From positions 62,001 to 126,000 of the forward strand of contig NGBS01000596.1 in assembly GCA_002245135.1 (NCBI GenBank): DNA of 64,000 nt, written 5' to 3'. Shown here piece by piece: positions 23,628 through 39,700 of the stretch. A program made the translations under genes and the position numbers. Origin of the DNA: Proteromonas lacertae (lineage: Eukaryota). The notes beneath the pieces were generated by a model. That model saw only the letters and a program-made list of their open reading frames with translations. It searched no databases and was not told the origin of the DNA. The number at the start of each line of letters is the position of its first letter. Within the stretch, counting starts at the first letter, position 1.

Positions 23628-25801
23628 ATGTCTGAAGTAGAGGATGGTATAGAAATTGAGACATTGAAAATTGTATAAAATGCTTTTCTATATACAATGG
23701 ATTTAATATAGGAAATAAGCGAAGATACTCAAGAAGAATTAGAAAGAATAATCGAAAATGACATAATTGATAAACTATTTCCAAATAATAGGATAAATAA
23801 TATAGATGGTGAGGATAATTTAGCTCGTTTCCCAGTCCTACTGAAAGATTATGATATTTATGTAAATTGTATGAAATATGCAATCTATTGTAGGTGATTT
23901 AATTATTACAACATATAGACTTCATTTTGTTAGTTCAGAAAAGAACATTTTGCATCACCCACCTGATTTTTACTGTTTACCCCTAGGCTTAACAGCAGAG
24001 AGTGAAAGTGAAAGAAAAGAAGAAAATGGTAAATTATGGAGCTGTTATAAACTCCAATTCAAAGATAGTCGAGTAATTAACTTCAAATTCGAGAGTGATG
24101 CAGATATGGAGACTAAATTAGAGAATGTGATAAGTCACTTTGTATTTCCACATGATATATCCTACACATTCAGTCTACAATACTATGAAAATATCAAATG
24201 TAAATTAGATAACATCAACAATTTTGATTTTACATTAGAGTTTACTCGTCAAGGAACTCTTTTAGACACAGTTGACAGTCAATCTCCTTATAGAATAACT
24301 TATTTAAATAGAAATTATGAATTATGTAATACCTATCCAACAATATTAGTAGTTCCACGAGTATAAAATGATATTTTTTTCTTATTATATATATAGAATT
24401 TAAGTGATGATATTATTAAAAAAGCATGTGCATTTCGTTCTCGTAATCGTTTTCCTGTATTAACTTGGACTCATCCAACTTGCCAATGTGCTTTATTTCG
24501 ATCTGCACAACCACAAGTTGGAGCAATGGGTATTAATCGAAGTGTTGAAGATGAAATGATATTAAAATCAATTCAAGATACTTCTCCACAGTATAATATA
24601 ATAATTATATATATATATATATATATATGAATAGACGTAAATCAATATTTATTGCCGATTGTAGAAATAAGATAAGTGCAATAGCTAATAGAGCACCAGG
24701 AGGAGGATATGAAAATAAATCGAATTATAAAGGAGCAGAAATAGAATTCTTTGGTATTCCTAATATACACAAATTAAGAGAAAGTTATAGAAAACTCACA
24801 TCTATTTGTCAGTATATTATTATTATTATTATTTTTATATTTATTAGAAATGAAATAACACCGACTGATTTTAGAATACAATTAGAAAATGTATGTTTTA
24901 TACTATTTTTTGTAAAATAGAGTGAATGGTTAGATAATGTTTTAGCAATTTTGAAAAGTAGTATAAGAGTTGCTTCGGTAATATATTCTGAGAATCGTTC
25001 GGTGTTAGTCCATTGTAGTGATGGTTGGGATAGAACATCACAAATCTGTTCATTAAGTGAATTACTGTTAGATCCATATTATAGAACAATAGATGGATTT
25101 AGAGTATGATATTATTATTATTATTATATAAATAGATATTGATAGAAAAAGATTGGATTTCATTTGGTCATCAATTTCAAAAGAGATTATATCATGCACA
25201 AAGAGGCTGTTTTACTCAACAAGTTGATACTACAACCCCAACAAATATTCCATCAACAAATAAACCAAATCAATTTTCACCTGTATTTTTGTTATTTTTA
25301 GATGCAATATATCAATTAATTGTATTATATCCAAGACATTTTGAGTTTAATTCAATGATGTTGGTATTTATTGCTGATCATTTATATTCATGTCGATTTG
25401 GTTCTTTTTTATGTAATACTGAAAAAGATTATACCGAAATAAAAAGTAAGACATTATCAATTTTCTCCTTTATTAATAATTATGAATATATATTTAGAAA
25501 TCCATTATATAGAAGTAATAATGAAGTAATAATTCCATCAAGCATTAAGATAAATGAAAGCTTAAAACTGTGGGAAGACTACTTTTTGAGATGGAATAAA
25601 ATTTCTTCCGATTTAGTGAATATTAATGACGGAATAATTAATCCTAGTTTTATGAATAAAGATTGTTATTATATTATTCAACATTTAGCAATGAAACTAA
25701 TTAATAATAGTAAAGGTAGTTTTACAGTTGAAGAATTAAAGAAGAAATTAGTTGATTTATACCCAATTTCATATCATTATATGATAACTCCTAAAATGTA
25801 A
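23628..25801 (+). CDS. myotubularin-related phosphoinositide 3-phosphatase (active-site motif intact)
   Basis: GRAM-like TTYRLHF, then YELCNTYP, FRSRNRFPVLTW, GGGYEN, catalytic VLVHCSDGWDRTSQ, EKDWISFGHQF and FSPVFLLFLD. Confidence 0.92.
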
Positions 25802-25892
25802 TTTTATTCATAATATATTAAAACTATTACCTTTTTTTAAATTCTTTTTAATAAACATTATATAGAAATAATAATAATGAAAATATGATTAA

Positions 25893-28800
25893 TTATTCAA
25901 TATTTAAGAATTGTGTTGATAATTCTTTCTTTGCCTCTTGAGAAATTCCATCTATATTAATTCTCTCAATTGAAGAAAATGTTTCTAAAAATGTTAATAA
26001 TTCGACTTTATCTATATTTTCTTTTATTGTTACAGATAATTCATCTAAATAATCAAATACTTCTTTGTTTTCTTTCATCAATCTCAACTCATCTTCATTC
26101 AACTCATTTCCTGATATATCTATTTCTGTTAATGGATGATATTCTTTTAATTCTTTTATTAACATTTTCAATCCTTTTTCACTCATTCTAATATCTATTA
26201 TAATCAATATATGCAATAAAAATACTTGATAGATTCAATGACATAGGATCATTACAAAATTTAAATATAAAATTGTCTATATAATTGCATAATATTTCCA
26301 TTCCATCATCTCCAATTTCATTATTATGTATTGGTATATAATATTCTCCATATTTTTCAAATGAATCCGTTAATTCTTTTAATCCTTTGGAAGTGATTTT
26401 GTTATTGGATAAATTAAGTTCTCTATGATTGATCTGCTTGATTAATGAAATATGAGAATCATTGATATTCATATCTATTTTATCATATACTGAACTATAC
26501 TAGAAAAATCATAAGATTTTAAAAAATCTCTTCTTTTCTTTTTAATACAATAATCCAAATAATATTCGAATTCTTCATTTGTCCATGATGAACATTTCAT
26601 TTCTATAAATGGATATTCTTCATTTTTTAATGATTCTGAACAAATTGCTTTTAATCCATTCAATTCAACTTTATTTTTATTTATATTTATTCTTGCACAA
26701 TTATTATCAATTGAACCAATTCTATCTGCTAATAATATTACGCTTTCATCATCTATTGACATATTACTCAAATTCATTCTATTATCTTTTATTAACATAT
26801 TCAAATTGTTCAACAATAATTTAAATCCTTCATTACCAATTCGATTATCTATTAAATAAACAACACATAAAAACATATACCATAAATCATCAACTGACTT
26901 AATTTTATCATTTTCATTCACATTATTCATCAAGTATTCTATTCCATCTGCATCGATATTATTGTTACTTATATCAAGTGTGATCTTTTCATAAACATTC
27001 TTTAAACCATTTAATAAATATTTTAATCCAACCGAGGTTAATCCCATTTCTATTATACATTAAAAAATAGAGGTTATACTTGAACAGTTAATTCTATTAT
27101 AATTATTCAATAAATTCAAATGTGGAGATAATTTTTTCATTCCTTCATCTCCTATTTCATTTTCATATAAATAAATGGTATTAAGATTTGAAAATGAAGA
27201 TAAATTGTTAATCAGTATTTCTAAACGTTTATATGTTAGTTTATTATCTAAATAATACAAAAATATCAAACTATACTACTCAAATCTAATTCACTTATTT
27301 CTTTTAATTCATTTAATCTTATAGAAATAAATGATTTGAAAAAAATCATCATCAATTTCTATATTATTTAGATATAATCCATTCCGACCATTTTTGATAT
27401 ATTTGATCAATTCGGGAACATCTTTATCAATCAGTAACTCTTTATTTCCAATAAAATCAAATTCTATTTTTGAAATAGGAAATTTGAAGAATAAGGCTTT
27501 TAATCCTTTTGAACGGATATTTCTATTTCGTCTAATATCTATTTTCTCAATATTTGGATATCTATATAATTCTTCTGATAATAATATCATCGATTCATCA
27601 TTCAAATTCATTACTCTAAGATATAATCTATTATCTTTGTTGATTAATAAATTCAAATACGGAAGTAACAATTTAAATCCTTTTGCACCAATTGGATTTA
27701 CTATTTCAAAATAAAATCAAAAACATATTAATATATACATGTTAAATCTACATATTTCAATTTCATCAATGGAATTGACTTAACAAATGGTTCAATGAAA
27801 TGAAAAGTAATATCACAGCTTGACAAATCAAGTTTTTCTAGATTTGACAATTGTGAAAATAATGATCCAAATAATGATTGATACAAAAAGGGAATATGAA
27901 TACTGTCAAGGCTACCATCTTCATTATCATAACCTATACATATAAGATGCATTAAATTATACTAAAATGAAGTTTCGAAGGATTAATTTCTTTCAATATT
28001 TCGAAGAAATACTTTATTCCTTCTTCACATAAACAAAGACTATTCTGAGTAAATTATGAAGCTACTATTAATATGTAATATCATTTCATCCAAATAACAT
28101 TCTTCTCTTTCCTTACATTGGTGATGAATCTGAAATATCAATTTATCTTCTATTGAATAGTCATATCTGTATAATTTCATCATCAATAATATTGATAATA
28201 TTCTTTCATTTGGTTTATTATTGTACGATTCTATCAATCTATCTCGAAATGACACTCTTTTATTATTTTCTAAATAGTATACTGATATAACACCAAATGG
28301 AGATACTTCCATTGAATAATCATTATTGAATATTATTTCTTTTTTTTCTTTACATATAATCAAATTATCACTTTCATCTCTCAACATTTCACTCATTTTT
28401 ATCATCTCTTTTCTCAACTCTTTCAAGCTCATTCTATCTTCACTATTCACTTTTATCATCTTGTCTATAATCTCTTTCATTTTATTATCACATTCTACAT
28501 CACAACTGTACTTACATCTCATAATATTCTCTTTTGTTTTGATGATATTATCATCTTCATTAAATGGTAACTTTTTGTTAATCATTTCATATAATATACA
28601 TCCAATTGACCAAATCACACTTCTTTCATCACATTCTAGTTCATTCATTTCTTCTGGACTTTTGAAGCATATACCATATAATCTAATCATCTTCTTCTTT
28701 TCTCAATAAATCGAAGAATAAATCACATAACTTTATTTCACCATTTCTTTCATATATTATGTTACTACTCTTCAAACTATCAATTATCAAACCATACTTC

Positions 28801-29130
28801 AATCAATATCATCACAACATCACATACTTGAACATATAATACTATATATATCTTCACTTGATGGTGATTGACTTTGAATCATCTCTTTCAAGTCTCTAGC
28901 ATAATAGTCTCGAGAAATTATAATATAATTTAAAGGATGTACATGAATTTGTAAAGGAATAATCCGAATGAAGAGTAAGAAGGCTTAATAAACATAAATT
29001 TTGCTCAACTAGTCTTACTATTGGTTCTCTTGAGTTTTGAATGTCGAAAATCTTAAGCACCTTAGCAAAGTCTTCTTTCACTACACTCAATTCACTATTA
29101 CTCTCTTTTAAGACTTTAATTTCCTATTAT
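25893..29130 (-). pseudogene. pseudokinase-LRR family gene copy 1 (several frame breaks; 5' end uncertain)
   Basis: Kinase C-lobe (SPEE...WSIGCILYEM...LPF...R) with a degenerate catalytic loop (IIDSLKSSN), followed by many RNI-like LRR exons. At least five +1 breaks lie in 28040-28960. Confidence 0.7.
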
Positions 29131-29560
29131 TATATTAATTCATAGTCATACATTCCAATCAACATGACAATTGATTTCTAAATACTCAGCTATACTCTTA
29201 ATATGTAAATACATTCTCACTATGTAAATACAATGTATTAAATGTATTATATGTATTAACATAATATACATAGAGAATATCTCTTTTAATCATAAACATC
29301 ATCAATGAATCTTATTCTCACTCTAAAACAATTACATAAACAACATCTCTCTTATTCAATTATATAATTCATAATAGCTTGAATGCTGAGTTTGATATTT
29401 CAAAAAGAAATATTTTTTAAATTATCAAATAATATTATACTACAGTGCAAAACCATAGAACCTCATCAGTCTAGTGTATACTATTATATTACACCATAAA
29501 AAATCTATGGGAAAAGTATAATTCACATAACCGAGTTTCTCTATATAATGGTAATAGATA

Positions 29561-30998
29561 ATGTACAAAAATGCAGAAATTGATTTATCACAGCAATTGC
29601 TTAATTCTGCTAAAAGGCTCTCGTTTGATTATCCAACTATTGAAGCAGGTTCTGCAAAATCTCCAATTAAACCCAAAAAAACTGTAGAACTACCTGTATA
29701 CCCACCTAAACAGTTAAAGAATGTATTAGAATATAATGAAGAGAAAAAAATTCAATTAAATCGTGAAAAGAAAAAGAATGAAGAATATAAAATAATTGCA
29801 AAGTATCCTATAAATGACTATGTAATGGATGAAAAGTACAAAAAGAAAAGAAAAGAAATTATTAATGTAAATGTGTTAGATCCACCTTCTTATTATTGTG
29901 TATCAGTTGAAGATGAAGAATATGAAAGAATGAATGGTACAGTGGATAATAATTATGTTAAAGATATCGAAAATACTCAAATCTTAATTCCTAAATATAA
30001 ATCTATAGAATGTAAATGTAATTTTCAATTTTTGAGTAATAATAATTGTTATATAAATAATGAAAGACAACCACAGTATTTAGGGTATATATATATATAT
30101 ATATATATAATATTCATTTTATTATATAGAAAACATTACTTAGAAGAGAGAAAAGCTATTCATCAAGTTGTTGCAGTAGAAAGTAAAACACTCAAATCAA
30201 AAATCAACACAGTTATTAAAAAACCAACAAAAAATAAACAGCAACATCTATCACCGCAATCACAGAAACAACAACAACAACAACAGCAAAAACTACAAAC
30301 TCCACCACCATTAATACATCAAAATGAACCACTATTACAATCTAATAAATCATATTCATTTCAACCTCTTTCTATTCTAAATACAAATGGCAAGAGAATT
30401 AATACATTTGATTCAAATAATAATAATAATAATAGTGTAAAACGTAGAAAATTAACTATGCAAAATGTATATACAATAAATAACAATCCTGATGTTCCAG
30501 TTATTACATTTTCATCAAGTATAATCCCCATGAAGGTCAATAATAGAATATTTGAATTTAATGATGAATTAGAGTTAGAATATGAATCTCCATTACCTTC
30601 TGAATCTGAAGATGAGTTGGTAAATCATAGAATATTATTACACAGAAGAAATAGTGAAATTTTTGAAGAGGATGTAGAAAAGAGAATTGAAGAGAGTTTG
30701 AAAAAGACAAAATCCATACTGAATACCAAGACAAGAAGGTCAACTCAATCTGAATGTAATGTTCATAAACATTTACTTGAATTACATCATCATCATGATA
30801 ATCATATTGATAATAGTAATGATAATTCCAATATTATGAATAATGTTAATATTGTAAATAACGATAATAATAATGATAATAGTAATGCAAATGTTACTGA
30901 TAATAATGATAATTATAATGAAGATGAATATAATGAGATATTTACTAATCCATTTTTACCAGAATTACCAAATCATGATTTATTTTCATCTTCTATAT

Positions 30999-31038
<40 letters not shown>

Positions 31039-33740
31039 AAAAGAAATACAACATTCAGATTATATAAATATTCAATTTAGCAATGAATCAGAAAGTAAAG
31101 AGGAAGATAATAATGAAGTAAGTCCAATAGAACCACAGATGGAGATAGATGATGAAATAGTACTGAATAGTAATATCAACAACTTACCACAGATAAATAG
31201 TTCAGTAGATCTTACAAAACAATCAACTAAACAAAATAATAGTTTAGAAACTGTTGATATAGAATCGATAGATTCTACACTATCACAATCGGAAAAGCCT
31301 CAGGAAGAAGAACAGCAACAAAAAGAAGAAGAAGAAGAAGAAGAAGAAAAGCAACAAGAACAACAAGAACAAGAACAATCAAATCAACAACAAAACTCAA
31401 TAGAACAACAAAATGAACAACAACAACAACAACAACCTATATTACAACAACCACAGCAAAGAATTGCTGTCATGAATGAGGATAATGAAATCATTCCATA
31501 TATACCGATGATGCGTGCTAATAAATTAAAAACTAATTTATGTATTACTCAACCTCCAGTTGATTTTGATGTAATAGCTGGTAATGCTGTTGCCAGTTCA
31601 GATGTATATGTTTTGCCACACAATGAAGAAATGAAGAAAATTGATAACGTATATATATATTTGCTAAATTATTTTTAATAGTTGAGATTTGAAAGTACTT
31701 TATTTTATATATTTGGTAATGATGATGAAATAGAAGAATGTTTTAACATTTCATTAAGTCTTAGTGATAAAAGTGAAAATAATTGTGTAGTATGTAACAA
31801 TGAAGTTGATAAAAGACTACCTTATTGGACTTGTAAAAAATGTCAAAGATTATTTCACACTGAATGTGTTTCAATTCCATTTAGAATAGGTCATTCTTAT
31901 ATCTGTGAAGTATGTAATACAACTAATAACGATATGTTAATAAAAGCATGGAAGTTTGATTCTTTGAAGAGGAAAATGTCAATAGTTATTCCACACATTT
32001 GGAAAGGTGTTAATAAAATGATTAATGATAATGATGATGATGAAGAAGAGTTTAAAATATATATTTATAACTTAAAAGAACATACAAAGAATTTATCTTA
32101 TGAATTATTTTGTGATTGTGCTAGAAAAGCTGATAAACTTAGAAATGATTTAAAATTGAATAATACTTCAGTATTATTCAAAGAACCATTGAAGATATAT
32201 AGCTCAGTTAATTATTTCTGTGATACAAATGTATATTTAATCATCATATAATATATTTATTATTATCAATAGAATTCTGGTATGAATATGGAATATACCT
32301 TACCTGCATTATTAGGATTATATAAAGATATACATAAAATAGTTGATGTTATATATATTAAGAGTGTTTTTAATATAGCAAAGAACAAATATAATGAAGA
32401 AAAGAAGAAAATGAATGAAAAAATGTTATGTTTATCACAAACAATATATAATAGTAATGTGATTGAAAGGAGAAAAGATAAAAGAAAATCTTTCATTATG
32501 ACTTGCGATACTGAGTTTCACTATATTAAAAAAATACAAGTTGGAGAAGTGATAGTAAAAGAATTACCACTAAATTATAATATAAAGGAAGATGATGTTA
32601 TATTCTTTTTAAGAACAATCTCTGAACCAGTAATCTTTGCAGGTTGGTTCTGTTTATGAAATGAAACGTTCTTTAGAGTGTGATGGAAGAAGTGATAATA
32701 GCGATAGTATTACTTGGAATTGTGCAGTTACTATAACTTCTCAATTACCAAAATACTTATCATTTGAGTATGTAAAGTCAACATGTAGAACATTAAATTT
32801 TCAACTCAATGATAGTGTATATATGAAAGAGATTACAGCTGAAGAAGCTAATATTATATTAAAGAATATTAAACATCATATACAATTCACTGGATCTTTA
32901 CCAAGAGAATTAGTAGAAACAACAAATTTTTATGATATTTCTAATTATGTTTCAAGAATTATCTTTCCATATAGAATAAGTGATTATTGTTGTATTTGCT
33001 GTAAATATGAAAAGAATGATAAAATTATGTTATGTAGTTGTTGTAAAAGAGGATTTCATTATAATTGCGTTAGATTAAAAAGTAGTGAACATTATATTAG
33101 TTTATGGAAATGTTCAATTTGTAAATTAAAAGAAGAAAATAAATATGTTATAGGTGATATATGTGAAATTTGTTTTAAATCAACATCAAAAAGAAATAAT
33201 AATAATAATAATAATAATCAATCTAATAAAACAATAAATCAGGTAATTAAATGTAAGACATGTAGTAGAATATATCATAAAAAATGTATCTCTAAATCTT
33301 ATAATACTGAAAATGAAGAATGGGAATGTAGTTTGTGTAGAGGATATAGAAATAGATATTTTCATTTACCTCAAAAAGATGAATGGTGTTGTGTTTGTAA
33401 TAATGTTAATAATATTGTAGGTGAATATATTCATACTTGCTGTTGTTGTAGTATTACTAGACATGATAATTGTCCTGATCCTTATTCTAATAAGATAGGA
33501 TTTATTAATTCAAATGGATATTGCTTATGTAACTATTGTTATAATAAATATATCAAGTGTTTATTGTTTTATAAAGATGTGAAGAGATATATTATAAGGA
33601 TGGAGTGTGAAGCTGTAGTGTATAGATTGATTAAGCATTATGTAATTAATAATGTAGAGAATGCTAGTTCTAGAAACAGAATAATTAGTTTTTTACAGAT
33701 ATCTAAACTGCTATTGGCAGATTATTTATCTTCTATATAA
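29561..33740 (+). CDS. large low-complexity protein with multiple PHD fingers
   Basis: Poly-N/Q/E tracts. C4HC3 fingers include CVVC...CKKCQRLFHTEC...CEVC, CCIC...CSCCKRGFHYNC...WKCSIC and CEIC...CKTCSRIYHKKC...WECSLC. One +1 break near 32645. Confidence 0.75.
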
Positions 33741-33839
33741 TGTATTATAATTATTTGATTAATTTTTATTAAAGAATTACAATAAAATCATAAAATAAAT
33801 GAAAATGAAAAAAATATTAAGAAACAAATTTGATATGTT

Positions 33840-35073
33840 TTATTCTTTCATTATATTATTATTAATATATTTCAAACTATATATCAAACTATATACTATT
33901 TGTCTCAATGATATTGTCATATTATTTCCACTTGTCTTAAACAATGGAGAAAACCCAATAACATGAACAGCATAATTAGCTACAAGGTCTATTTTTGAAT
34001 TTATATTTTTCTAAACATTCTTCATCAAATGTGTTTGGATTTACATGATGAAATAATGTAAAACAACGGAATATACTTATAATTCAATGAATAACTTAAA
34101 TATGAATAATCCATCATTATATATGTTGACATGCAATCAATTATTACTGCTTTTGAAGAAATCATCCACATTATATTTATAGTACCTGATCCAAAGGAAG
34201 TTATTAACAATTTACTATACATAATTGATTCTATTTGTTCTTTTGGACTTTTATCTTCGTAAACATATCTCATTGTAACTATATCCCAATGATTTAATCA
34301 TTGATTTAATCATTTTTAAATTTGTTATACTTCTTGACTTGCCTGTCATTTTTCGACTTATAATTGTTATGATTACTTCATTATTTACATAATAATTTAT
34401 TTCTTTTTTTATCTTTATTTTCAGATATTTATATCCATCATCTCGATATTTATTTCCTATTGAGTAATGACGAAATACAGCTGGAAAGAAACCATTTAAA
34501 CTTCTAATATAAATATGAACAATTTTGTAGCATAACAAATATTTCTTCGATTTTCTAAACAATTTGGATATATCTGATTGAAATGACATCTTGAAGGGTT
34601 TATTGTAATTATTGATCATCATTTTCAACATCATATTATTATATGGAAGTGTTGGTTTGAGGATTAAAATCAGCCATAATCAAATGATTAATTGGTGGAT
34701 ATCTTATATCATTTTGTATATTATAAAGAAACATATTATCCAGGAAATGACATATATTATTATTTAACCAAGATGACGCTATCCATACCTCTTCATCGAT
34801 AGATTCACTATTAATACTTTCATTTTTGAATTCTGGTATAAAATTGTATGAATAAAAGTAATCTACAAATTTATATAACAGTTTGTTATAATCACTCTTA
34901 TTAATTACATTTATATATATATCTGTTATACTAACACCAAAATTCCTAAAACAAACATCATTAGCTGTAAACCAATAATTTCCTGTTTCTTTTACCAAAT
35001 TATCATAAAATATGAATGAACTGTATTTACAAGAAATAAAATTCAAAAGAAAAAGCAAAATATTAAAAATCAT
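33840..35073 (-). CDS. degenerate glycosyltransferase family 61 (DUF563)-like protein, four +1 frame breaks
   Basis: Signal-like N-terminus, then NNICHF, IISRK...RSITN and SPKEQIESIMYSKLLITSFGSGTINIMWM, which resembles the GT61 pattern EQ...HGAG..N. Intronless. Confidence 0.5.
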
Positions 35074-35162
35074 TTTGAACAAGCCTTTTGCTTGTGATTG
35101 TCTTTTTTTTCTGTTTTTTGTTGAACTAATCTAATAACCCCATAATAATAATAGTATATTGA

Positions 35163-36571
35163 TTAAAATATCGCAGTAATATTTGGATATTTTTCTTTTA
35201 TTCTTCTTTTCATAATCTTCCTTATTTGATATTTTATTTCCTTAAATAATTCCTAATGAATTTAATTCTTTACATTTGTGAAGATTATCCACATTCAACA
35301 ATTTTACATCCACCCTACATCATCTAATATTCATTATATTATAATATCAATACGTCCATAGGTATAATCCTTTTAAATTTGGAAAGTATTTTAAACATTT
35401 TGAGAATATTTTTATTCCAATTGAAGTTAAATCATTATCCTAAAACTATAATCATTATATTTTATACCATTTTAAATCAATATATATTACATTATTCATT
35501 GTATTAAGTCTTGAACATAAATATTTCATTCCTTCACTTCCCATTTTCACTAATTATTCATTATTAAATATCATATTATATATACAAAACCTAAAATCCA
35601 ATCTATTTCTATTTTTTTTTTTACATCTATCATCAATTTCATCATTTATCCATCTTTCTATTTTCATATTATTTATATTATTTTATACTCAATTCTTCAT
35701 TAATCTTTATTTCTTCTTCTTCAAATGGAATTACTGGAACTTCTGCTTCATTTAATTCTATTTTATTATATCATAATAAATATATTATATACTCTTCAAT
35801 TCATTCATCATTTCATTCAATTTCAATCGATCTTTCTTTTCTTTAACAAGTATTTTTCTTAAAAAGGAGTTTAATTTATCTCCATTTTCACATTCTAATG
35901 GAATATATTTCACATTTTCAATATTCTTCATTGTTTCTAATATGTTTGAACCAACAAATGGATATTTCCCACTTTTTAAATAATAGAATATTAATCCAAA
36001 ATTCCAACTATCACTTGAAATATCTAATTCTTTTCCTAATAATTCATCAATACAAACAAAACACAAATCTTCATTCTTATTAGATTTCTTTCCTTCTCTT
36101 CCTTTATATAACAGATTATTTAAATAATCATTAATAATCACTTCATTTTCATCATTCAAAAAGATATTCGAAGGTTTTAAATCACTGTGAATTGTTTTCA
36201 TTTAATCTTAATATATTTCGAATATTCCACCTCTCTTCAAAATATTTCACAGGGTTTATTATATCTAAGTGAGTTTTATACTCTCTCATCACTCGATATA
36301 AACTATCTCCTTTCATTTCAATTATCTTATATTTCATTAAACCTTCAATATTCAAATTATTCATTCTTTTCATTGTTAAAACCACTTCTTCAACTACTTT
36401 TAAATCTAACTCACTCACAATCATCACTTTCAATAATTTCTTTGATTTGTTATTCATGTCTCGAATTTTACACATTCTGTTATTACTCTCATCACTCAAC
36501 AACTAAAATAGAATTAATCACTTTTATACTTCATATTTATTATCAATCAACCAGCCTGATAATGAATCCAT
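35163..36571 (-). CDS. kinase-LRR family gene copy 3 (short LRR tail; possible pseudogene)
   Basis: IHSDLKPSNIFL, IINDY in place of DFG, and SDSWNFG...YPF, followed by LRR exons. Frame break near 36195. Confidence 0.6.
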
Positions 36572-36798
36572 TTTTTCTATAAAATTATCAACAGCACAAC
36601 AACACAGGAAGAAGAAAAACAAAAACTAAAATATCAAGCTTTTTACACTAGGCTTGAGAATTTTCTTGATTTTTCTGATTTTTATTTTCTATTTTTCTTC
36701 ATTTAGCATTGGTTAAGATAACATTTTATTCAATAAACACACACACATAAATATTTCATAAAATATAATAATTAAAAGAATATTAAAAAAAATATCAA

Positions 36799-39700
36799 TT
36801 AATCATCAAGTTGACATAACAAAGCAGAACCTTTCAACACCCAATAATCAGGATTTTTATCTGTTGGGAAATCAACTGAAATTACATAATTTGTAGAAAT
36901 ACCAGTTGTAGACAATGTACCAGCTCTTGTAGATGTTTTATAAACTGGACAACTATATTGACCAACAGGAGTTTGATAATTAACAACTGATAAGAAATGA
37001 ATAAATGGAGCAGTACAATACATTTCACCTGGATTACTATCTGCTAATATTTGATTGGCTTTATCCCATCTTACACCATCACAGAATAAACCATAAATAT
37101 AAACACCATCATTTGGACCTTGAGTTATTTCTTTTACATCTTCATAAGGTAATATTGAGAAACTAAAGTTCAATGTATCAATTGGAATTGCATATTTTCT
37201 AGCATGACTTTGTAATGCACCAGTTAAGAAACCTTGTGGGAAATAAAAACCACTTAACCAGAATGCATCTGGTTTACCATTCTTTAACCAATTTCTTAAT
37301 TGTTCAACTCTTAATCCTAAATCAGTAACCCATGATGCTAATGGTTTTAAAGATGGATAAGCTGCATTTTCCCATACATCAGGTACTTTATTATTATTGA
37401 CGGCAGTATACATTCTATCTAATACATCATCCATTAGTTCTTCACCTCTTATTGCCTTTTGAATTCTACTTAATGTATTTCTTATCACATTTAATAAATT
37501 ATTAAATTTATCAATTTCGTGACTTAATAATGTTGCTAATGAGTCCATTACACCATTTACTTCTATAAATGTCTTTGAACCAGCTTCTTCCATTAACATA
37601 TTATTTGGAATCTTTGTTTCAATTTCTTGAGCTAATTCTAATACGATTTCATCAGTTGATTTACCTGATGCATTTGCACTATCTCTTGGTTGAACAGGAT
37701 AAACATGTATCTAACAGTTTACGACTTTCTTCTACTTGATATGCAACATTAGCATTATTATGCATACCAAATATCTCAGGATTATCATTCAATGGTAAAC
37801 TCTTCACATATTTTATATATTCCATTAAACTACCAACTGGCATACTGTAATAAATACCACTTGGACTAAATTTATAATTATCTTTTAACACATCAGGTGT
37901 TATATATACATTCAATATACACATTAAACATCTTCGATCTAAATCATCAGTTACTCTTCCACCATAGTTAATTTGGACCACAAACATAAGTTAAAGCTTC
38001 CCATGGTACTTTCTCATGTTCATCAATAAACATCTTTAATACTTGAACAGATGTTTCTAAATCACTATCATTGAATTCATAACGAATATTAAAACCTAAT
38101 GGACCAAATTTACGTCTTTCTTGTATTACAGCATGGAAGAATGATAAACCAAATACAATCTTTTTCCAACTGAATAAATCTCGACATTTCTCAAAATCAG
38201 TCCAATTCTCTAAGTTTTGCATTGATCTTAATAAATTAGCTTTTATACCTTTTGGTGGTTCATTTGTTAATTTCACACCATTCTGTAATATAGGAACAGG
38301 GAAATAATTAGTTGGCATTGATGTAAGGAATAATCTAAAATCAGGATGAATCTTTGGTTGATTTTCTGCTCTTACACTAAATCCATCAACTATCTTTTCT
38401 AATGCTCCCATCCAGGATTTGGCTAAATGACAATTCTGTAACATAACCCAATCACCTGTTTTACAAGCTTTCTCTATTGCTGCTGCTGCTCTTTTACCTT
38501 GTCCTTGTCCTAAAGCAATTACTGTTAATCTTTCAGTGTAATTCTTTTGTTTTGCAAAGTTCAATAACATTCCAGTTGGATCAGCACCTGTTGATAATAC
38601 GAAAATCACTGGTGTTTTATAATCTGTGTCATTATACACATCAACCATAGCTGTTGGTGGATATTCTACAAATTCATTACCTAAATAATCTTTAACAAAT
38701 CCCATCAAACCAAATATCAACTTATCTTCACTCAATAGTTTCAACATCATTACTTTACGAATCTTTTGAATCTTTTCATTCCATTCATCACCACCAGGTA
38801 ATGCTTCTCTATATGGTTCTTTACTCTCAGCCCATTTCTTCCATTCTTCTAAATTATCTGTAATATGTTGACCTAAACCACTTCAAATCCAACATCTGTT
38901 CAGCGGCACTGATTGTATTCCATGCATTTGGTATTATGAACTTTGGATCTGGATTTGGTAATGGATTCACTATCATACCAGCACCTTTTAACAATACTTT
39001 CCATTCATTATCAGATACTACACCACTATGTCTTAAGATTTGAACACATAATAAAACTGAGAATAATAACTTATCTTTTTCAAATAAACCTCTACAAATG
39101 TTGCTATAAATAACACTTGTCATATATTTCATTAGGTTATTTCAATCTTGTTTCTAAATCATCAGATTTTTCGGCATTTCTTAAGCACATATCGAATAAT
39201 CGAATGAAGTAGGATAATGAGTATTGATACATTGGATCTACATTACTAAGATCAGCAATTACAAAGTAAATTATTGAACCTCTTTCAGCTACACTTTCGT
39301 ATTGATTTCTAATTATATTGATTTCTTCAGCTGTCTTTTCACTCTCAGCTAATCTTTCTTTAATCACTGCGGAAATTACTTTGGAATCTTGTAATATTTG
39401 AATCAATTCTTCATCATCCAATATATTTCCACTACTTTCAGATATTTGTTTCAAAATCTTATCTTCGATTTGTTTCAACTGTTTTTTATCATTAGACATA
39501 CTCACTACCAAGTTATTCTTCTTTTCTTCTACATCTGGTCTTTCGGCAGCAATCACATTACCTTTCAATTGATCTCCTAAACCTTCAAATGTCACAGTAA
39601 AGTTAATAATTGTCACTTTAATACAGATTTCAGGTAAATAATGTGGATTTGGTAATTTGGTTGTTAAATAGAATTTGAATGCTTCATCATAATCAACATC

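Noticed and set aside
25800..29460. Flanking direct repeats around the kinase-LRR copies
   Set aside because: Only short AT-rich matches were found, and these are expected by chance.
30990..31450. Long AAT/CAA/GAA repeats in the PHD gene
   Set aside because: Ordinary poly-N/Q/E low-complexity tracts, typical of AT-rich protist genomes.
39137..39142. AAA-TAA at a dynein frame break, resembling the Euplotes +1 programmed frameshift motif
   Set aside because: Only one of about 15 breaks has it. At the others, conserved residues place the extra base well before the stop codon.
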